A DNA stretch of 52,909 nucleotides from Octopus bimaculoides (lineage: Eukaryota), in NCBI RefSeq assembly GCF_001194135.2, contig NC_068995.1, positions 36,341,773-36,394,681 on the forward strand, in the 5' to 3' direction. Below, one piece after another: positions 48,094 through 52,909 of this stretch. The notes beneath the pieces were generated by a model, which was given only the letters and a program-made list of their open reading frames with translations, made no database searches and was not told the DNA's origin. Positions within the stretch are counted from its first letter, which is position 1; every line of letters begins with the position of its first letter. The translations under genes and the position numbers were made by a program.

Positions 48094-49058
48094 GTGAAAA
48101 TCTGCCAAATGATTTGAGTCAAAGATTCCTAATGGCTCTAAAATGTGCTCAAAAAGCTGCCAAGGACAACACTGATGTTACACACAAAAAAAGCTCATCA
48201 GTTAAGAATCCAACTGACTCTATATTTAATAGTTCCTTCAACAGTAAGTCATCTGTTGCTGGTAGTTCACACAACCAAGCAGATTTACTTCCTGACAGTC
48301 CTCCGGCTACATCAGGTGCCACCAGCACTATTACTAGTTACACAAATGAGACCAGTGACCATTTGAAGTATACCTGTAGCCAGTGTAACTTTTCTACTTG
48401 TCGGCTAAATTTGATGTTAATTCACTATAAACCTGAAGAAAATGTACTCCGTTGTCCTAGTCTGCCTGACTCTTTTGTGGCAAATGCTGACAACCGTAAG
48501 CGTCGAATGCTTGAGAATGATGCATATCTGAGAAGCCAACACTTCAAGGCCCCACGTCGCATGAACACACCAGAAGTCACCAGTCGTGTTCCTTGTTATG
48601 CCCGGAAACCAGCCTCACCTCCACCTCAGAAGGCCTTACCTACCACAGTTCATGACAGAGGTAGTTGCTATATGTTCCATGATGAACCCATCCGACAGCC
48701 AGCACATAAACCCAGCTTTTCATACCGGTCACTTCAGAAAAAAAAAGATAACTCCTCTTGCATGGGAGAAAATGAAAACTCCAAACGCAGTATTAATTCT
48801 TTTACACAACCAAAGACTTATACCAAACTGAAGTCATCGAAGGATCAAAGAAATGGTGTATTGTCTATTGGCAACACAGAGAGAAGAAAAGAGTTCCAGA
48901 TGAAGCCAAGTTATGATACTAGCACTCCTTTGGAAAATAAACTAGAACGGCCAACTAGAAAACCTCACTCCAGTGGTGAGAAAAGATCCAATGGGGAGAA
49001 AGATGAGAAGGAAGAGGAAACAGCAACAAGGAAGAAACTTCTTTATTCTGAAAAGTAA
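48094..49058 (+). CDS. PWWP-domain protein, large exon 4 (PWWP C-terminal helix, Ser/Thr-rich linker, C2H2-like motif, basic low-complexity region)
   Basis: 965-nt open frame in AT-rich DNA; acceptor TTTTTCTTTCCAG|, phase 1; ends at TAA 49056-49058 or at donor |GTAATG after 49054. Confidence 0.9.
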
Positions 49059-49414
49059 TGCTGGAATTTGACATCTTTGAGTCTTTTATTGTTGTATTGA
49101 TTAGGTTGCCATGTAAACTTATGTGAAAATGGTTCTGTATATTCAGGTTCACTGATACTTCACTTGTAGCTAGAAATATATTTGTCTCTATCAAAAACAT
49201 TGTATGAAAGATAGTGTAGATGACGATTGAATGAATGAATGAATGAATGAAATAAGAAATGATTACCATGTTGTATGAATGTTAATAACTGACTAGAGTC
49301 TAATGAAATAGTACACCATCTGTTGTTTGTTTTCTGAAGATTAATCATTGATTTTGTTTTAGTGATTGAATGGTGTAATAGAATGCATTGTTCAAAGACA
49401 CCTTTATCTTTATT

Positions 49415-50040
49415 AAGCTGGCAAGCTCACAGAAGCATTAGCGCGCTGGACGAAATGCTTAGCAGTATTTCATCCATTGCTACATTGTGAGTTCAAATTC
49501 TGCTGTGGTCAACTTTGCCTTTCATCCATTCGGGGGTCAATAAAATAAGTACCAGTTGAACACTGTGGTCAATGCAATCAACTCGTCCCTCTTCCCCAAA
49601 ATTGCTGCCCTTGTGGCAAAATTTGAAACCATTATTTTCATCATTAAGCTGGAGAGCTGGCAGAACCATTAGCACACTGGATAAAATGCTTGGTGGTATT
49701 CCGCTTGTCGGTATGTTCTGAGTTCAAATTCCGTGGAGGTTGACTTTGCCTTTCATCCTTTCAGGTTCAATAAATTAAGTACTAGTGAAACACTCGGGTT
49801 GATGTAATCAACTAGGCCCCTCTTGCAAAATTTCAGACCTTGTGCCTTTAGTAGAAAGGATTATTATTGTTCATTTTGTCCATCCTTGTTCTCAGTTCAA
49901 ATTCTGCCAAGGTCAACTTTCCTTTCATCCTTTCAGGGTCAATGAAATAAATAGCAGTTATGCACTGGGGATCAATGTAATCAACTAGCCCCCTCCCCTC
50001 AAATTTCAGGCCTTGTTCCTATAGTAGAAAGGATTCTTAT
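49415..50040 (+). mobile_element. Three head-to-tail SINE family A copies
   Basis: GAGTTCAAATTC...TTTGCCTTTCATCC...CTTGTG/TTC cores near 49490, 49720 and 49895. Confidence 0.85.
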
Positions 50041-51680
50041 TACCTCTGCCTTAGCGAAGGCAGAGGTGTTGTTTGCAGTCGTGTTTGTTTGTTTGTCCAT
50101 GGACAAGATGCTGGATGGATTCGGATGAAACTTTCAGAGATGTTTGGCCTCGTGACTGGCAAAACTGATTAGATTTTGGGATCGATCCGGTACTGGACAA
50201 GGATTCTGGATTATTTGCTATGTTTACTTACATGATTATGATCTTACATTCACTTTCAAGTCTTTCTCAATTATCTACCTTTTTGCTGTTTCCGATGTTT
50301 TATTTTTGTTTCTCTATTATTAATTTTATTCGCATCTCTATCTTAGTAGAAATTGAGGATCTTTACCTTTTGACTGGCAGATCGAAAAATTTATTGTTTG
50401 TAACTAAACACTTTCAAACATCGTATACTGGTAGAATGTGTCACTTAAAACCTCTTTTATTCTGTAAAATTCATTATTTTCGAAGTTATTTCGTGTTAAG
50501 TTGTCGTTTTCAGTAATTTCAACCAATCAATGACATTGATTGAGCTGAATAAAATTACTGTTGTTGTTTGTCAACAACAACTTCCGGCAGTGTATATTTC
50601 GTTTGTCACTGTTATTTATGACATATTTCATCTCGGTTATGTTTGTATGAATAAACGAGTGTATCTGCAGCATGTTTACTTCATGGCACCATTTCTACTG
50701 CTTTTAGTTTTTTTTTTCCTGCTTTTCAGCTACTATTTTCGGAAAGACTTTTTTGCCCCTCCCCCCTCCAATTTCTTCATTTTTCACTTTTTTCCGTAAC
50801 TCTAACCCTAAAATCCCAACCCTAACCCTAACCCCCTAAAGCTAAAGCCAGTACAAATGCATAAATGATGTCATAAATAACAGTGACAAACGAAATACAC
50901 ACCACTGATAGTTGTTGTTGACAAACAACGGCAGTAATTTTATTCAGCTGAATACACGTCATTGTTTGGTTGAAATTACCGAAACATGACTACTTTAACA
51001 CGAAATAACTTTAAAAATATAAACTTTTCTCAACAACACTAGAGTAAAAGATGTTTTATATGACACATTCTACCAGTGTCCGAAGTTTGAAAGTGTTTAG
51101 TTACAAAAAATTAATTTCTCGATTTGCCGTTCAAAGGGAAAAGATCCAAAATTGATGGATAAAGAAATCAAACTACCTATAGACGGCAGCAAAACCGTTC
51201 AGAAATGAAATAACACTAACATATTTTCATAATATATATATTATGCATACATATTAACACTTAACAGTATACTTACATATATACATACATCTATACGTTG
51301 ATCTAAAACAACAGGAATACCAAAGGAAGGCTGGAATTTAAGAGAAGAGAAAACCAAAAGGTCTCATGCTATTTATTTAAAAATTCTTGAGTAGAACTTA
51401 TTACCTCCGCCTTTGAAACTATTTTGGATGGTGAATTTGTTAACTTTGGCTTCTATTATATAAGGATAAACCATTTATTACTGTTACTAAGTTTTCTACA
51501 ATCACCTTCACATTTCCATGACTACCATTGAGAGCGGTCGGGTTCATGTTTAGTATTCTCGTTTGTGACAGCTGTTGAGTTTATTTCAGATATTCTCATT
51601 TTAAAAATCATGTCGCTAATCGTTGAGAGGATGTTAGTGTTGCCTTGGTGGAGGTTTTCACTCTCTGCGTGCTCTTGTTG
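50038..51680 (+). mobile_element. Helentron-associated (HINE-like) element(s) with a nested MITE
   Basis: 5' hairpin ACCTCTGCC-TTAGCGAA-GGCAGAGGT; 3' GCCTTGGTGGAGGTTTTCACTCTCTGCGTGCTCTTGTT; a second TTATTACCTCCGCC near 51400. Confidence 0.55.
50357..51147. mobile_element. Long-TIR MITE (GGATCT...AGATCC family) with a (CCCTAA)n core
   Basis: About 285-bp inverted arms; 8-bp flanks GAAATTGA/AAAATTGA; CTAACCCTAA repeats at about 50803-50837. Confidence 0.85.
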
Positions 51681-51789
51681 TTATTATTAGTGTGGTTAAT
51701 GCCTTACTTGTGACACAGTTCAGTGCCTGTAGTAAAATAGGATCATTTACCCACTCATCTGTTGTATGTGTATATTCATAATCAAGTAT

Positions 51790-51825
51790 TTTCAATGTCT
51801 TTGCCCCCCTCTCTCTCTTTCTCTA

Positions 51826-51874
<49 letters not shown>
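51790..51874. repeat. (CT)n(TA)n microsatellite
   Basis: Direct observation. Confidence 0.9.
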
Positions 51875-51876
<2 letters not shown>

Positions 51877-52581
51877 TGTGTACTATTCCATGTGGTAAGA
51901 TCAACAAAAAAAGTACCCCATCTGGTGAGAGATAAATATTATTTAATAAACACAGTGTATGTTTTTATGTGTTACTATTAGTTTCATGTAGTGAAAGCAT
52001 GCCAGACAGTATTTTTTAACATGTCTGGTGTCTCAGCACAATCTTCAGGCCCTGCACACCTGGCATAACAAACTAAAAATTGGACAATAAGATGTGAGAA
52101 GGAAATAGATATAAAAGGTCCAGAAAATGGAAAATAAAATAAAACGAAGCAAAATGGTGGGATGGGGAAATTAGAATTATTTCCCCTTTAATTGTTAAAA
52201 AATACTGTCTGGCATGTTCTCATCACATGAAACTAATAGTAACACATAAAAACATATTGTGTTTATCAAATAATATATATAGTGCAAATAATGATTATTT
52301 CATTGGTTAGTAGATATAAGCACTAATCAGCAAATAGTTTGTTGAAATTATAAACAAAGCCCAGTGGCTTATTTAAAAGCTCAAAGGACTGTGTGTTTCT
52401 TACTGAGGCACTTATTGTAACATTGGTGCTCCAGAAATTTTTGCATAAATGAGCCAAAAATGTTATGAGCACATTGTCGGCATATAGAGTAGATGTTCTC
52501 TTATGACCTACATAAAACTGCAATTAACATATTTTGTGGTAACATCTGCTGAAATATATTGAGAATAAATGTTCAAATCAT

Positions 52582-52909
52582 TCATCATCATCATCATCGT
52601 TTAACGTCCGCTTTCCATGCTAGCATGGTTTGGACAATTTGACTGAGGACTGGTGAAACCGGATGGCAACACCAGGCTCCAATCTAATTTGGCAGAGTTT
52701 CTACAGCTGGATGCCCTTCCTAACGCCAACCACTCAGAGAGTGTAGTGGGTGCTTTTACGTGTCACCCGCACTAAAACGGCCACGCTCGAAATGGTGTCT
52801 TTTATGTGCCACCTGCACAAGCCAGTCCAGGGGCACTGGCAACGATCTCACTCGAAAATCCTACGGGAGCCAGTCAGGCGGTACTGGCAACGGCCACGCT
52901 CAAAATGGT
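52582..52909 (-). mobile_element. Young RTE 3' UTR/tail running off the window
   Basis: Reverse complement differs from 43267-43590 at about 8 positions by eye. Confidence 0.92.

Noticed and set aside
50803-50837. True telomere or chromosome fusion scar
   Set aside because: Only a few degenerate units, located at the centre of a MITE.

Overview
AT-rich, gap-containing eukaryotic genomic DNA. The tRNA-derived SINE families, RTE tails and TA/CA/GA microsatellites resemble those I recall from Octopus (coleoid cephalopod) genomes; this is inference, with no database search. One host protein-coding gene is well supported on the + strand and is largely invisible in the ORF track. Four phase-consistent exons (39776-39853, 42437-42522, 47123-47193, 48094-49054/49058) encode an N-terminal PWWP domain followed by a Ser/Lys/Pro-rich region with an atypical C2H2-like motif. 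The rest is mostly transposon debris: two DD41D-spaced Tc1/mariner relics, a piggyBac pseudogene with related TTAA MITEs, a pogo-like remnant, a Helitron 3' end, a Penelope-like RT fragment, several RTE LINE fragments with about 17 RTE 3' tails, long-TIR GG...CC MITEs with 8-9 bp TSDs, three SINE families and an LTR-like segment. I found no clearly new biological system. The best leads are the PWWP gene itself, a candidate poison exon inside it, near-identical inverted RTE copies bracketing its last two visible exons, and a CpG-retaining candidate promoter/first exon near 12.3 kb. All alignments were done by eye and repeat boundaries are approximate.
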